A stretch of DNA of 63,284 nt from Betaproteobacteria bacterium RIFCSPLOWO2_02_FULL_65_20 (GCA_001770425.1 MEQZ01000197.1:1-63284), one strand, 5' to 3'. Shown: positions 20,086 to 32,335, counted from the stretch's first letter. Notes: generated by a model from the letters alone, not told the origin. A program made the numbers and translations.

Positions 20086-21665
20086 AGGATCCTGAAATCC
20101 GCTCCGGTTCCGCGGTCGAGATAGTCCAGGCCGGCGCCGTTGGCCGCGCAAAGCTCGCGCGCGATGTACAGCCCCAGCCCGGTGCCTCCGCTGAACGTCG
20201 TGAAGAACGGCTCGAATAGCTGCGCCTGCAACTGCTTCGCGATGCCTTCGCCGTCGTCGATCAGATGCAATTCTACCCGACCGGGTCGGGACAGGACGCG
20301 AAGCACTATGCTGCCTGTCTGGTGCCGGCAGTGCCTCCAGGAGTTGTGCATCAGATTCCAAAGCACCTGATTGAGGTGTACGCGGTCAAACTCCACCGTT
20401 GCATCCTCCGGCACCTCGATCACGAAAGCGCTGCGGGCGATGCCCTCGTTCTGCGCGTAATCGTCTATGAAGCCGGATATGAAGCTCCTGAGCCGGATCT
20501 TCTCGATTTGTACGCGATCCCGGCGGGACAGTTCAAGCACGTCGTGCACCATCCGATCCAGCCGTTTCGCGTTATCGCGGATGATGCTCAACAGCCGATC
20601 GCGCCCCGACCCCTGGCTCTCCTCCTGCAGCAGGTCCCCGGCATGGGTGATCGCAGAGAGTGGATTGCGTATTTCGTGCGCGATGCCCGCCGTGAGCCGC
20701 CCCAGCGCGGCCAGCTTGAGCTGCTGGGCCTGCTCCTGGAACTTCGACAAATCCTCCAGCAGCACCAGCGTGAAGCTCCCGCCGGCCACGCCTGCGGCGA
20801 CAAAGCGCGCCCGAACCAGCCTGCCGCTCTCGGACAGGCGCAAGGTCACGCTCGACGGCCCATTGCCCGCCCGCCACGCCTCCAGCTGGCCGGCCAGCTC
20901 CGTCGAGTACTGCTCGATCTGGTCGAGTTCGGGCGCCGGCCGCCCGAGCAGCACGGTCAACTGGCGGTTTTGCTGGCGCACCAGGCCGTTGGGATCCACG
21001 ACCAGCACGCCGTCCTGAACATCCTGGATAACGAGCTGGTTGATGCGCAGCTGGTTTGCCAGGTCTTCTCCCCGCTGCCGCGCGAGGCGCTCGTTCATGA
21101 TCAGACGCTGCGCCAGGCGATTGGTGATCAGCGCGGTGGCGAAGTATCCTATCGAAAGCAGCCCCGGCGGCAGGAAAGTCGCAATGGCGGCGTCGAACAT
21201 GAGCACCCAGTAAGCCTGTTCGAGCAGAACTGCGATCGAGGCCAGCGCGGCATAGAACAACATCAGCGTGCCGCGGCTCACCAGGGCGGCACCGGCAAGC
21301 GATACCAGCGGCATGACGCCGAGGCCGCTGCGCAGCCCGCCCGAGGCATGCATGAGCAGCGTCAGCGCGACGATATCGGTGATGACCTGCAGCGTCAGTT
21401 GCGCATTGAAATACGCCCGCCATCGGCGCAGCAGCAGATGGAAGACCACCGCCAACGCGAGATAAGCTGCGCTCGTGTACACGAACATGCGGGGATCGCG
21501 GCTGCCCAGATTGAGCATCTCCGGGTCGAACCGTTCGCCGACCAGGAATACGGCCGCCACCGCCGCACGGTAGAAGTTAAAGTAGCGCAGCGATTCCCAG
21601 AAGGACTCGGTCGCATCCCTGTAGGAGGGCGGAAAGGGAAACCTCAGGACCGGGAGCCGAAACAT
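20067..21665 (-). CDS. pilS: Sensor histidine kinase, PilS-like (polytopic N-terminus, PAS, HisKA, HATPase)
   Basis: About six N-terminal TM segments, H-box AHEIRNPLSAI, N and G boxes (LWNLMHNS, DDGEGI, GTGLGL). Paired with the PilR-like regulator. Confidence 0.75.
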   Translation of the reverse strand: MFRLPVLRFPFPPSYRDATESFWESLRYFNFYRAAVAAVFLVGERFDPEMLNLGSRDPRMFVYTSAAYLALAVVFHLLLRRWRAYFNAQLTLQVITDIVALTLLMHASGGLRSGLGVMPLVSLAGAALVSRGTLMLFYAALASIAVLLEQAYWVLMFDAAIATFLPPGLLSIGYFATALITNRLAQRLIMNERLARQRGEDLANQLRINQLVIQDVQDGVLVVDPNGLVRQQNRQLTVLLGRPAPELDQIEQYSTELAGQLEAWRAGNGPSSVTLRLSESGRLVRARFVAAGVAGGSFTLVLLEDLSKFQEQAQQLKLAALGRLTAGIAHEIRNPLSAITHAGDLLQEESQGSGRDRLLSIIRDNAKRLDRMVHDVLELSRRDRVQIEKIRLRSFISGFIDDYAQNEGIARSAFVIEVPEDATVEFDRVHLNQVLWNLMHNSWRHCRHQTGSIVLRVLSRPGRVELHLIDDGEGIAKQLQAQLFEPFFTTFSGGTGLGLYIARELCAANGAGLDYLDRGTGADFRILWQAVQ

Positions 21666-21677
21666 GCGTACGCTCGC

Positions 21678-21896
21678 CTACCCCGCGCCCAGACGGCGAT
21701 GCTCTTCGCTGCAGTAGAAGTGCCCGCCGTCCTCGAGCGCTTCGCTTCTGGGCAGGTTTACCTTGCAGCGCTCGCAGGCAACCATGAGTTCTGGCGGTCT
21801 TTCGGCGGCCGACGGCGGCCGGCTCCGGCGCGCGGCGCCCTTGATCACGATGTAGGCGACAAACGCCAGGACCAGAAAAAGGATGATCTTGCCCAT
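21678..21896 (-). CDS. PP0621-family small membrane protein with C-terminal Cys knuckle
   Basis: N-terminal TM helix, then CERCKVNLPRSEAL...HFYCSEEH. Lies 12 nt upstream of pilS, the arrangement I associate with this family. Confidence 0.6.
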   Translation of the reverse strand: MGKIILFLVLAFVAYIVIKGAARRSRPPSAAERPPELMVACERCKVNLPRSEALEDGGHFYCSEEHRRLGAG

Positions 21897-21985
21897 TCAA
21901 GGACTCCACCCGGGAACGGAGATTCGCCGAAACGGCCTCAATGGGCAGTATAGCTCCGCGGGGCGGCGCAGCCGGAACGGAAGCT

Positions 21986-22062
21986 TGGTCGGGGTGACTG
22001 GATTCGAACCAGCGACTCCTGCGTCCCGAACGCAGTACTCTACCAGGCTGAGCTACACCCCG
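21986..22062 (-). tRNA. tRNA-Pro (anticodon CGG), CCA encoded
   Basis: Minus strand: CGGGGTG TA GCTC AGCCTGGTA GAGT A CTGCG TTCGGGA CGCAG GAGTC GCTGG TTCGAAT CCAGT CACCCCG A CCA. The cloverleaf folds by hand. Confidence 0.93.
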
Positions 22063-22124
22063 AACCGGAAGGAATAGAAGCGGCACATTCGATCGCACCG
22101 GGGACAGCATCCCCTCGGGAACAA

Positions 22125-23159
22125 CTAGTACGTGCGCTCGACTGCAAAGCGTGCCAATTCTAGCAAAGATTGCTTGTATTTTGAATTCTCCAGCGAACCG
22201 ATCGCTTCACAGGCCAGCCGTGCTTCCTCGCTAGCGCTCGCGTGCGCATAGGCAAGAGCATCGGTATGCCGGATCGCGGCGAGCACCGACTCGAAGCCGT
22301 CGCGGCCCCCCTCCTCGATCGCGTGTCGAACCACCGCGGCATCCGCCTTCGACCCGATTTGAATCACGCGGATGAGGGGAAGCGTCGGCTTGCCTTCGTT
22401 CAAGTCATCACCAAGATTCTTGCCGGTCTCCGTGGCGTCCCCGGAATAATCCAAAACGTCGTCGATCAGCTGAAACGCCGTGCCGAGATGCCTGCCGTAG
22501 GCTGCGAGCCCCTGCTCCACCGCATTTTCTGCTCCACCGAGCACTGCGCCGAGCTGCGCCGCTGCCTCAAAAAGTTTCGCCGTCTTGCGGCGCACGACAT
22601 CGAGGTACGCTTCCTCGCTGATCGAGGCGTTGTGCGCGTTCAGCAGCTGCAGCACCTCGCCTTCGGCAATGGTATTGGTCGCGTCCGCCAGCACTTCCAT
22701 CACCCGCATGCTCTGCACGCCGACCATCATCTGGAAGGCACGCGAGTACAGGAAATCGCCCACCAGAACGCTGGCTGCATTGCCGAACTCGGCATTGGCG
22801 GTCCGGCGCCCGCGGCGCAGTTCGGACTCGTCAACCACGTCGTCGTGCAGCAGTGTGGCGGTATGGATGAATTCCACCACCGAAGCCAGTTCATGGTGAT
22901 GGAGCCCGCGATATCCGACCGCACCGGCTGCAAGCAGGACCAAGGCCGGGCGCAAGCGCTTGCCTCCGCTGCCGATGATGTACTCGGCGATCTGCCGGAT
23001 GAGGACGACGTCAGACTCCAGCCGCCGCCGGATCAGGGCATCCACCGCCTGCATATCGGTGGCGATCAGCGATCGGATAGACTCGAGTTGCACGGTAGGA
23101 TCAGGAGGGACGGTGCGCCGGTGCTGCCCGCATGCTGCAGGGCCGGCGAAGGATACCAC
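22125..23159 (-). CDS. ispB: Octaprenyl-diphosphate synthase (trans-polyprenyl synthase)
   Basis: First and second Asp-rich motifs LLHDDVVDES and QLIDDVLDYSGD. The true start may be internal, for example the GTG at 23093. Confidence 0.85.
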   Translation of the reverse strand: MVSFAGPAACGQHRRTVPPDPTVQLESIRSLIATDMQAVDALIRRRLESDVVLIRQIAEYIIGSGGKRLRPALVLLAAGAVGYRGLHHHELASVVEFIHTATLLHDDVVDESELRRGRRTANAEFGNAASVLVGDFLYSRAFQMMVGVQSMRVMEVLADATNTIAEGEVLQLLNAHNASISEEAYLDVVRRKTAKLFEAAAQLGAVLGGAENAVEQGLAAYGRHLGTAFQLIDDVLDYSGDATETGKNLGDDLNEGKPTLPLIRVIQIGSKADAAVVRHAIEEGGRDGFESVLAAIRHTDALAYAHASASEEARLACEAIGSLENSKYKQSLLELARFAVERTY

Positions 23160-23167
23160 AAAAGCTT

Positions 23168-23197
23168 TTGACCAAGCACCCTAAGGGCATGTATAAT
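23168..23197 (+). promoter_or_regulatory. Sigma70 promoter for rplU-rpmA-obgE (TTGACC-18 nt-TATAAT)
   Basis: TTGACC 23168-23173, TATAAT 23192-23197, about 33 nt upstream of the rplU ATG. Confidence 0.6.
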
Positions 23198-23229
23198 CTT
23201 GGGTTTTCGAGAATCCCTCGGAGTGCATC

Positions 23230-23541
23230 ATGTATGCGATCATCAAGACGGGCGGGAAGCAGTACCGCGTTGCCGCCGGTGAGAAACTGAAGGTGGAAAA
23301 GCTCGCTGGCGACATCGGCAGCGAGCTGCTGATAGACCAGGTGCTGCTCGTCGGCGCCGGCGACGACACGAAGGTCGGAACGCCGCTCGTCCCCGGGGCC
23401 TCCGTCAAGGCAAAGGTGCTCGGCCACGGGTTGGGCGACAAGGTCCAGATCTTCAAGATGCGCCGCCGCAAGCACTACGCAAAGCATCAGGGCCACCGCC
23501 AGGGCTATACCGAAATCGAGATCACCGGTATTTCAGGTTAA
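23230..23541 (+). CDS. rplU: 50S ribosomal protein L21
   Basis: [25 protein letters not shown]..., 103 aa. Confidence 0.95.
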   Translation: MYAIIKTGGKQYRVAAGEKLKVEKLAGDIGSELLIDQVLLVGAGDDTKVGTPLVPGASVKAKVLGHGLGDKVQIFKMRRRKHYAKHQGHRQGYTEIEITGISG

Positions 23542-23553
23542 GGAGCGGGCACC

Positions 23554-23811
23554 ATGGCACACAAGAAAGCGGGCGGCAGCTCCAGAAACGGCCGCGACTC
23601 GCAGGCGAAGCGCCTCGGCGTCAAACGCTACGGCGGCCAGATCGTTTCTGCGGGAAGCATACTCGTGCGGCAGCGCGGCACGAAGGTCCACCCGGGCGAG
23701 AACGTCGGCGTCGGCAGGGACCACACCCTGTTCGCCAAGATCACAGGCAAGGTCGAGTTTAACGTCAAGGGGCCCGAAAACAAGAGTACGGTTCATATCG
23801 TTCCGGCATAG
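23554..23811 (+). CDS. rpmA: 50S ribosomal protein L27
   Basis: [29 protein letters not shown]..., 85 aa. Confidence 0.95.
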   Translation: MAHKKAGGSSRNGRDSQAKRLGVKRYGGQIVSAGSILVRQRGTKVHPGENVGVGRDHTLFAKITGKVEFNVKGPENKSTVHIVPA

Positions 23812-26018
<2,207 letters not shown>

Positions 26019-26058
26019 CGGCACCAGTCCGCTGCGCGGGCCGAAACGAGCGACCGGC

Positions 26059-26592
26059 CTACCTGGCGTAGGAATCCGTTATGGTATCGATGCCGCGCTT
26101 GAGCAGCTTGCGCGCCTCCTCGGCGTCGCGCACGATGATCCGTGCCGGACAAAAGAAACCATCGTGGAGCGCGGCTTGAATGCGGTTGACCGGCAGGTCT
26201 GAAATTGATTTCCACTGCTGATTGCGTGCCGCTGACCAAGTCTTGTCGGCGCGGCCGAAGGCGTAGAGCTTGCGTTCCCGCCCCTTGCACCTGATCCCCT
26301 CGTAGGCAATGTTGGTCGCGCCACCGTCGCTGCGCGCCACCAGCGTGTATCGGACCACGCCGTCACCCCCGACGCTGACCGATTCAAGGTCAACGAAATA
26401 ACCGAAGCTCGCCTCGCCATCGACCTGGATCCTGACAAGGTTTTCCTCCTTTGGGAACGACGGCAGCTTCGGGCTCTGCTCGTCCAAATGCTCGTCCTCC
26501 CTTTCGTTCGGGGGGACATAGCCGCTCCTTGGCGCAGGCTGCGCCGCCGCAACCGCGCAGACCAGTGCCAGCGGGAGGATCAGCCAGCGCAT
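26059..26592 (-). CDS. CNP1-like periplasmic or lipoprotein-type protein
   Basis: Signal peptide MRWLILPLALVCAVAAAQ, then LPSFPKEENLVRIQVD...VRYTLVARSDGGATNIAYEGIRCK...WKSI. Start trimmed from the track ORF. Confidence 0.6.
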   Translation of the reverse strand: MRWLILPLALVCAVAAAQPAPRSGYVPPNEREDEHLDEQSPKLPSFPKEENLVRIQVDGEASFGYFVDLESVSVGGDGVVRYTLVARSDGGATNIAYEGIRCKGRERKLYAFGRADKTWSAARNQQWKSISDLPVNRIQAALHDGFFCPARIIVRDAEEARKLLKRGIDTITDSYAR

Positions 26593-26603
26593 GACCCCGG
26601 CGC

Positions 26604-27185
26604 TCAAGTCAGGTCGCCTGCCAGGGCATCGCGGACGGCGACCGGAACCTCCAGCATTGTCCGATACTGAGGGTGATCGAGGCCGATGGAAAGCCCGGCG
26701 CCGGACTTGAGCGCCCGAGCCATCGCGTCGGAGAGTTCCAAACGCAGGAAGTGCACCGCCGAAGTCTTCTGCTCGTTTTCCCGTTCCAGATCCTCGTCGG
26801 CGATGGCCCATACACGGTCGAAACCGCGAACCTGGATCCAGACCTTGTCCTCGATGCCGATCAGCTTCGCGAGCCATCTCTGGCGCTCCTCCGGATCAGG
26901 ATACTCGAGCATCATGGTGGCCTTGAAGTTGCGGCCATCGGGTACCAGCGGGTTGTATGTTTCGAGTTCGTCCTGGATTCCTCGCTCCTCGTAGATGCGC
27001 TCGACGCGAAGCATTTCCTGGATCTGGTAGCGTATCGTCAGCTCGTCCTCGAAAACCAGCGTCACGCTGTCCCCCAGGTGCACTGTGCGGTGCTTCTTGT
27101 GCTCGATGACTCGCGCGCGGAAGTCGGTGCGTTCGCGTGCATAGGCCTCGAGGGTCAACAGGCTGTCGCGCCGGATCCTGGGCAT
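26604..27185 (-). CDS. DUF3501 family protein
   Basis: SLLTLEAYARERTDFRARVIEHKKHRTVHLGDSVTLVFEDELTIRYQIQEMLRVERI... matches my recollection of DUF3501. Sits downstream of the CCG Fe-S protein. Confidence 0.65.
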   Translation of the reverse strand: MPRIRRDSLLTLEAYARERTDFRARVIEHKKHRTVHLGDSVTLVFEDELTIRYQIQEMLRVERIYEERGIQDELETYNPLVPDGRNFKATMMLEYPDPEERQRWLAKLIGIEDKVWIQVRGFDRVWAIADEDLERENEQKTSAVHFLRLELSDAMARALKSGAGLSIGLDHPQYRTMLEVPVAVRDALAGDLT

Positions 27186-27213
27186 GGCTGTCGATATTTG
27201 ATGCACGGTCGGC

Positions 27214-28542
27214 CTACAGGCCATAGGCGATACGCAGCAGCGTGAGCGGATGCTCCCTTGCCGCCCGATTCACGCCCATGCCCTGCTGGATGTGTCTTCC
27301 CGCAATCGCGCAGTCCGAGCTGATGTAGTCTGGGTCACCCGAGGCCATCTGCTGGAATACCGGACCACCGATCTTCATCGAGTTCTGGTAATACTCGCTC
27401 TTGACGCCCCAGGTGCCGTCGTGCCCGGAACAACGCTCGACGGTATTCACGGTCGTCCCCGGCACCATCTGCAGCACTTCGCGCGTCTTCTGCCCGATCT
27501 TCTGGACCCGGAGATGACAGGGAATATGGTAGGAGACCTTCCCGAGGGGCTTCGCGAAATCGGTCCTGAGCAGGCCATCCCGGTTGCGGAGCACGAAATA
27601 CTCGAACGGATCGAACATGGCGTCCGCGACCGCCTTCACATCCGCGTCCTCAGGAAACATCAGCGGCAGTTCCTGTTTGTACATCAAGGTGCAGGACGGC
27701 ACCGCCGTGAGAATCGCATACCCGCCGCGCGCAAGCCGCGCGAGTACCGGGGTGTTGATTTCCTTGAGCCTCGCCACGCTGTCCAGGTCGCCCAGCTCGA
27801 GCTTGGGCATGCCGCAGCAGGCCTCCTTCTCGGCCAGCACGTAGGGAATCGCGTTGTGCTCCAGAATCTTCAGCAGGTCGTGCCCTATACCGGGCTCGTT
27901 GTAGTTCACATAGCAGGTCGCAAACACTGCGACCTTGCCGGGAGTACGTTCCCCGTCGCGGACCGCGTGCGCTGCGCTCGCGGACGCCGCGGTCCGGAAC
28001 CTGGAGGGGCTGTATGGCGGCAGACGCCGGTCCCGGTGCACGCCAATCGCCTGCTCCATCACCGCCCGTGCGGCGCCGTTCCGGTTTACTGCGTTGACCG
28101 TCTGCGCGACCACCGGAATCGCGGCCAGCTTGCCGATCGCGTCGGTCGAGGAAAGCAGCTTGTCGCGGAACCGCGTCTCGCCCTTCCGGAACTTCACCGC
28201 CTTGGCACGCAGCATGAGATGCGGGAAATCGACATTCCACGCGTGAGGCGGCACGTACGGGCACTTCACGACGTAGCACATATCGCACAGGTAGCACTGG
28301 TCAACCACGTCCCAGTAGCGCTTCTTGTCCACGCCGTCGATCTCGCCGCTGGAGCTTTCGTCGATCAGGTCGAACAGCCGCGGAAACGCGGTGCAGAGGC
28401 TTACGCAGCGGCGGCAGCCGTGGCAAATGTCGAAAATGCGCTCAAGTTCCGCGTACAGCTCGGGTTCGTCGTGGAAATCCGCTGATCGCCACTCGAGCGG
28501 ATGCCGCGTGGGTGCCTCGAGATTACCTTCGCGGGTGGTCAT
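27214..28542 (-). CDS. Heterodisulfide-reductase-related (HdrD/GlpC-like) Fe-S protein with CCG domains
   Basis: Two ferredoxin-type Cys clusters (CHGCRRCVSLC, CYLCDMCYVVKCPY), then CCG-type motifs (EKEACCGMP and ERCSGHDG). Confidence 0.8.
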   Translation of the reverse strand: MTTREGNLEAPTRHPLEWRSADFHDEPELYAELERIFDICHGCRRCVSLCTAFPRLFDLIDESSSGEIDGVDKKRYWDVVDQCYLCDMCYVVKCPYVPPHAWNVDFPHLMLRAKAVKFRKGETRFRDKLLSSTDAIGKLAAIPVVAQTVNAVNRNGAARAVMEQAIGVHRDRRLPPYSPSRFRTAASASAAHAVRDGERTPGKVAVFATCYVNYNEPGIGHDLLKILEHNAIPYVLAEKEACCGMPKLELGDLDSVARLKEINTPVLARLARGGYAILTAVPSCTLMYKQELPLMFPEDADVKAVADAMFDPFEYFVLRNRDGLLRTDFAKPLGKVSYHIPCHLRVQKIGQKTREVLQMVPGTTVNTVERCSGHDGTWGVKSEYYQNSMKIGGPVFQQMASGDPDYISSDCAIAGRHIQQGMGVNRAAREHPLTLLRIAYGL

Positions 28543-28639
28543 GGCAGGTCAAAACCTATTGAAGTACCGGTGCGAAAGACACGGAAACGCGCAAGCGAGG
28601 CTTTCGCCTCGCCTCCTGCGCGCTGCCCTCAGAAGGAAC

Positions 28640-29059
28640 TCAGTCGGTCAACTGGTCCAGGGCCTTCTGGAAGCGGTTCGCATGCGACCGCTCGGCTTTC
28701 GACAAGGTTTCGAACCAGTCTGCGATTTCGGTGAACCCTTCGGCGCGCGCGGTCTTGGCCATGCCGGGATACATGTCGGTGTATTCGTGCGTTTCCCCGG
28801 CAACCGCCGCCTTCAGATTCTGCCTGCTGGATCCGATCGGCAGGTCGGTCGCGGGGTCCCCCACTTGCGCGAGGTAATCGAGGTGGCCATGCGCATGACC
28901 GGTTTCACCTTCGGCGGTCGAGCGAAACAGCGCGGATACGTCATTCTGCCCTTCAACGTCGGCCTTGTTTGCGAAATACAAATAACGACGGTTTGCCTGC
29001 GATTCGCCGGCAAATGCGTCCTTCAGATTTCCGTGCGTTTTCGATCCCTTCAGTTCCAT
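28640..29059 (-). CDS. Rubrerythrin (ferritin-like di-iron domain only)
   Basis: AGESQANRRYLYF, EGETGHAHGHLDY, AGETHEYTDMYP and KAERSHANRF provide the ExxH di-iron ligands. AGGAGG lies 5 nt upstream of the ATG at 29059. Confidence 0.85.
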   Translation of the reverse strand: MELKGSKTHGNLKDAFAGESQANRRYLYFANKADVEGQNDVSALFRSTAEGETGHAHGHLDYLAQVGDPATDLPIGSSRQNLKAAVAGETHEYTDMYPGMAKTARAEGFTEIADWFETLSKAERSHANRFQKALDQLTD

Positions 29060-29118
29060 AACAACCTCCTGTTTGGTTAGTGGGGGCAAAGTTTAGACAA
29101 CATCTAATTAATGGACTT

Positions 29119-29148
29119 ATTTTAATCCGATCCTTTCGTGATCGTCAA
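29119..29148 (-). promoter_or_regulatory. Sigma70 promoter for the rubrerythrin operon (TTGACG-18 nt-TAAAAT)
   Basis: Minus strand: TTGACG 29148-29143, TAAAAT 29124-29119. AT-rich TCCATTAATTAGATG lies immediately downstream and is a possible operator. Confidence 0.5.
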
Positions 29149-29255
29149 GAGCGTCAGCGCCTTTTGTCGTTGAAGATAACCTGAATCCGGTCCCCCTGCG
29201 CGCATCCGCGTCACGTCGGGAACGACTTTGGGCGATCCGCGGCGCCATCGCGGGG

Positions 29256-29849
29256 TTAATGACCGAGCGCGACTTCAATCTCCGCAAACGTGCGCGCGAC
29301 CTCGGTCGGCGCAAGCGTGACGCCGAGTTGTCGCGCAATCTGCGACAGCGAGAATATACCTCGCACCATCTGACCCGCGCCATCGGCGCCTGGTTCGGCT
29401 ACCAGCGCGTGCTGCCGTCCCGTGGCCTTCAGGGTGGCCACGACGTGGCCCACCTCCGCACCTGCCAGTTCCGCGTACCACAGCACCTCGAGAAACTCGC
29501 GGGGCGTCATCATGTCATGCACCAGAATGTCCTGCCGCTTGACGCCTCGCTCGACCGCGAATCTAACAGGCCGTTCCCCGAGGATGTCGGCGGCAGTGAT
29601 GAGGCCGAGCACCTGGCGACGTTCGTCGGCGACAAGCAGCAGGCACACCCCACGCCGGATCATAAAGCGGTTGGCTGCATCGAGCGGTGCGTCACCGTCG
29701 ATGGTCGCTGCCGGAACCTTGCGCAGATCGGTCATCACCTCAAGCGCCGGCGAGTCCAGTCGCACCCTCTCGCCGGGCGGAACCGGGTGCTGGAACTGCG
29801 CGCCCGCGAGAAGCGGACGATGTGAAAGCGGATGGAAGACGCGACTCAT
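29256..29849 (-). CDS. CBS domain pair protein
   Basis: Two CBS-like modules (VMTDLRKVPAATI...LLVADERRQVLGLITAADIL and DMMTPREF...ALVAEPG...VRGIFSLSQI). Start trimmed to MSRVFHP. Confidence 0.7.
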   Translation of the reverse strand: MSRVFHPLSHRPLLAGAQFQHPVPPGERVRLDSPALEVMTDLRKVPAATIDGDAPLDAANRFMIRRGVCLLLVADERRQVLGLITAADILGERPVRFAVERGVKRQDILVHDMMTPREFLEVLWYAELAGAEVGHVVATLKATGRQHALVAEPGADGAGQMVRGIFSLSQIARQLGVTLAPTEVARTFAEIEVALGH

Positions 29850-29985
29850 GATCGGCCCCTTAGCGAGCGCCAGAACCCTCGGCAGCGCAACTGACCGACG
29901 GCCTCTCTTACTGACTATAGATAAGCGGGCAGCATCAGGCAAGATCCACCGCAGCGCCAACGACTGTGCTACAGCAGCAGTACAC

Positions 29986-30495
29986 TCAGCGCATCAGCAC
30001 CGGATTTGCGGCGCGCTTGCGGTCGCGGTTGATGAAGCGAGCCAGTTCACTCAGGGCCTGCTGATAGACGTCGCGCTTGAACTCGATAACGGTCTCCAGC
30101 GGAACCCAGTAGCCGTTCCAGCGCCATGCATCGAACTCCGGATGCTCGCATGCACGAAGAGAAACGTCGCTGTCGCGGCCGACGAGCCGCAGCAGAAACC
30201 AGATTTGCTTCTGTCCCCTGTAATTGCCACGCCATTCGCGTTTGATCCAGTGCTGCGGCACATCGTAGCGCAACCAGTTTCTGGTACGACCGAGGATTCT
30301 GACGTGCGAATGAAGAAGCCCGATTTCCTCGCCCAACTCGCGGTACATCGCCTGCACCGGCGTTTCGCCGTGCTTGATTCCGCCCTGTGGAAACTGCCAG
30401 GAATGCTCCCTAACCCGCTTGCCCCAGAATACCTCGTTGCGCCAGTTGCACAGGATGATGCCGACGTTCGGGCGATAGCCGTCTCGATCGAGCAT
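29986..30495 (-). CDS. rppH: RNA pyrophosphohydrolase
   Basis: [17 protein letters not shown]..., Nudix box [23 protein letters not shown]. Confidence 0.85.
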   Translation of the reverse strand: MLDRDGYRPNVGIILCNWRNEVFWGKRVREHSWQFPQGGIKHGETPVQAMYRELGEEIGLLHSHVRILGRTRNWLRYDVPQHWIKREWRGNYRGQKQIWFLLRLVGRDSDVSLRACEHPEFDAWRWNGYWVPLETVIEFKRDVYQQALSELARFINRDRKRAANPVLMR

Positions 30496-30622
30496 GCTAA
30501 GTCCAGCAGTAAGTTCCGTTGCGATCCATTGTTCCACATTTTGACGGGGATTTGAAGCGCGGACTGGCGCGGAATGCGGCTCGAATCAAGTAAAATAGGC
30601 ACTTCCCAACTTTCTTTCCTCC

Positions 30623-32335
30623 ATGCGAGCCAAACAGTTCTTTCTGTCAACGCTGAAGGAAGCGCCGGCCGACGCCGAAATCGCCAGCCACAGTCTCATG
30701 GTTCGCGCCGGCCTGATACGGCGCCTCGCCGGGGGCATTTACACGTGGATGCCGCTCGGCCTGCGCGTGGTTCGCAAGGTCGAGGCCATCGTGCGCGAAG
30801 AGATGAACCGCGCCGGAGCTCTTGAGCTTTTCATGCCCGCAGTGCAGCCCGGCGAGCTGTGGCAGGAATCGGGGCGGTGGCAGAAATACGGCCCCGAACT
30901 CGTGCGGCTCAAGGACCGCCATGACCGCGACTTCTGCATCGGTCCGACGCACGAGGAGGTGATCACCGACATTGCCCGGCGCGAGATTAGGAGCTACCGC
31001 CAGCTGCCGGTTCACTTCTACCAGATCCAGACCAAGTTTCGCGACGAGATCCGCCCGCGCTTCGGTGTGATGCGCGGACGCGAGTTCGTGATGAAGGATG
31101 GCTATTCGTTCCACGCCGACTACGCGGACTTGCAGCGCGAGTACCGGAACATGTATGACACGTACACGCGCATTTTCAACCGGCTCGGACTGACCTACCG
31201 CGCGGTGGCTGCCGATACCGGCTCCATCGGCGGCACAGGCTCCCACGAATTCCACGTCCTCGCCAATTCGGGGGAGGATGCGATCGCGTTCTGCCCGCAG
31301 TCGGAGTACGCCGCGAATGTCGAACTCGCCGAGGCGCTCGCGCCGTCTGCACCCCGCGCCGCGCCGTCCGCCCCGATGCAAAAGATCCCGACCCCGGGCA
31401 AGACGCGATGCGAGGACGTCGCCGAGCTGCTCGCGCTGCCCCTGGGGCGCACGGTCAAGGCGATCGCGGTCGTGCATGACGACGAACTGACCCTGCTGCT
31501 GCTGCGAGGCGACCACGAGCTTAACGAGGTCAAGGCCCAGAAGCTGCCAGGGCTGGACCCGTTCCGATTCGCCACCGAGGCGGAAGTCGAGCGATACCTG
31601 AACTGCCGCGCCGGATACATCGGGCCGGTCGGGATCGGCGAGCGCATTCGGGTCATAGCGGACCGAAGCGTCGCGGCGATGTCGGATTTTGTCTGCGGCG
31701 CGAACGAGCCGGGCTACCACCTCGCGGGGGTCAACTTCAGGCGCGACCTTCCCGAACCGGCTTTCGTAGCCGACATCCGACGCGTTGTTCTGGGTGATCC
31801 GAGCCCCGACGGCGCGGGCGGGCTGGAGATCGTGCGCGGGATCGAGGTCGGGCACATTTTCCAGCTCCGCACCCGGTACTCCGAGGCGATGAGCGCGACG
31901 TTCCTGGACGAAAACGGCAGGAAGCAGGCCTTCGAGATGGGTTGCTACGGCATCGGCATCACCCGCATAGTGGGCGCCGCCATCGAACAGAACCACGACC
32001 AGAGCGGGATCATGTTTCCGGAACCGATGGCACCGTTTCAGGTCGCGATCACCCCCCTGGGCTATACACGCAGCACCCAGGTCCGCGAGGCAGCCGAAGC
32101 GTTATACAGCGAGATGTCCGGGTTGGGGATAGAGGTGCTGCTCGACGACCGCGACGAGCGCCCGGGCGTCATGTTCGCCGACATGGAGCTGATCGGGATC
32201 CCTCACCGCATCGCGGTCGGCGATCGCGGACTGAAGGACGGCGTGGTCGAATACCAGGGACGCCGGGAAAAGCAAACAGAGCGCATTGCGCTTGGCGAAG
32301 CTGCGACCGCAATGCGCTCCAAGCTGTCATGTTGA
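30623..32335 (+). CDS. proS: Proline--tRNA ligase
   Basis: 570 aa bacterial-type ProRS with an editing insertion. [46 protein letters not shown] and class II motifs ([17 protein letters not shown]). Confidence 0.95.
   Translation: MRAKQFFLSTLKEAPADAEIASHSLMVRAGLIRRLAGGIYTWMPLGLRVVRKVEAIVREEMNRAGALELFMPAVQPGELWQESGRWQKYGPELVRLKDRHDRDFCIGPTHEEVITDIARREIRSYRQLPVHFYQIQTKFRDEIRPRFGVMRGREFVMKDGYSFHADYADLQREYRNMYDTYTRIFNRLGLTYRAVAADTGSIGGTGSHEFHVLANSGEDAIAFCPQSEYAANVELAEALAPSAPRAAPSAPMQKIPTPGKTRCEDVAELLALPLGRTVKAIAVVHDDELTLLLLRGDHELNEVKAQKLPGLDPFRFATEAEVERYLNCRAGYIGPVGIGERIRVIADRSVAAMSDFVCGANEPGYHLAGVNFRRDLPEPAFVADIRRVVLGDPSPDGAGGLEIVRGIEVGHIFQLRTRYSEAMSATFLDENGRKQAFEMGCYGIGITRIVGAAIEQNHDQSGIMFPEPMAPFQVAITPLGYTRSTQVREAAEALYSEMSGLGIEVLLDDRDERPGVMFADMELIGIPHRIAVGDRGLKDGVVEYQGRREKQTERIALGEAATAMRSKLSC

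Noticed and set aside
21897-22124. tRNA-Pro as an integration hotspot or genomic island border
   Set aside because: No integrase gene, no duplicated tRNA 3' end and no compositional break on either side. The neighbours are ispB and the pilSR operon.
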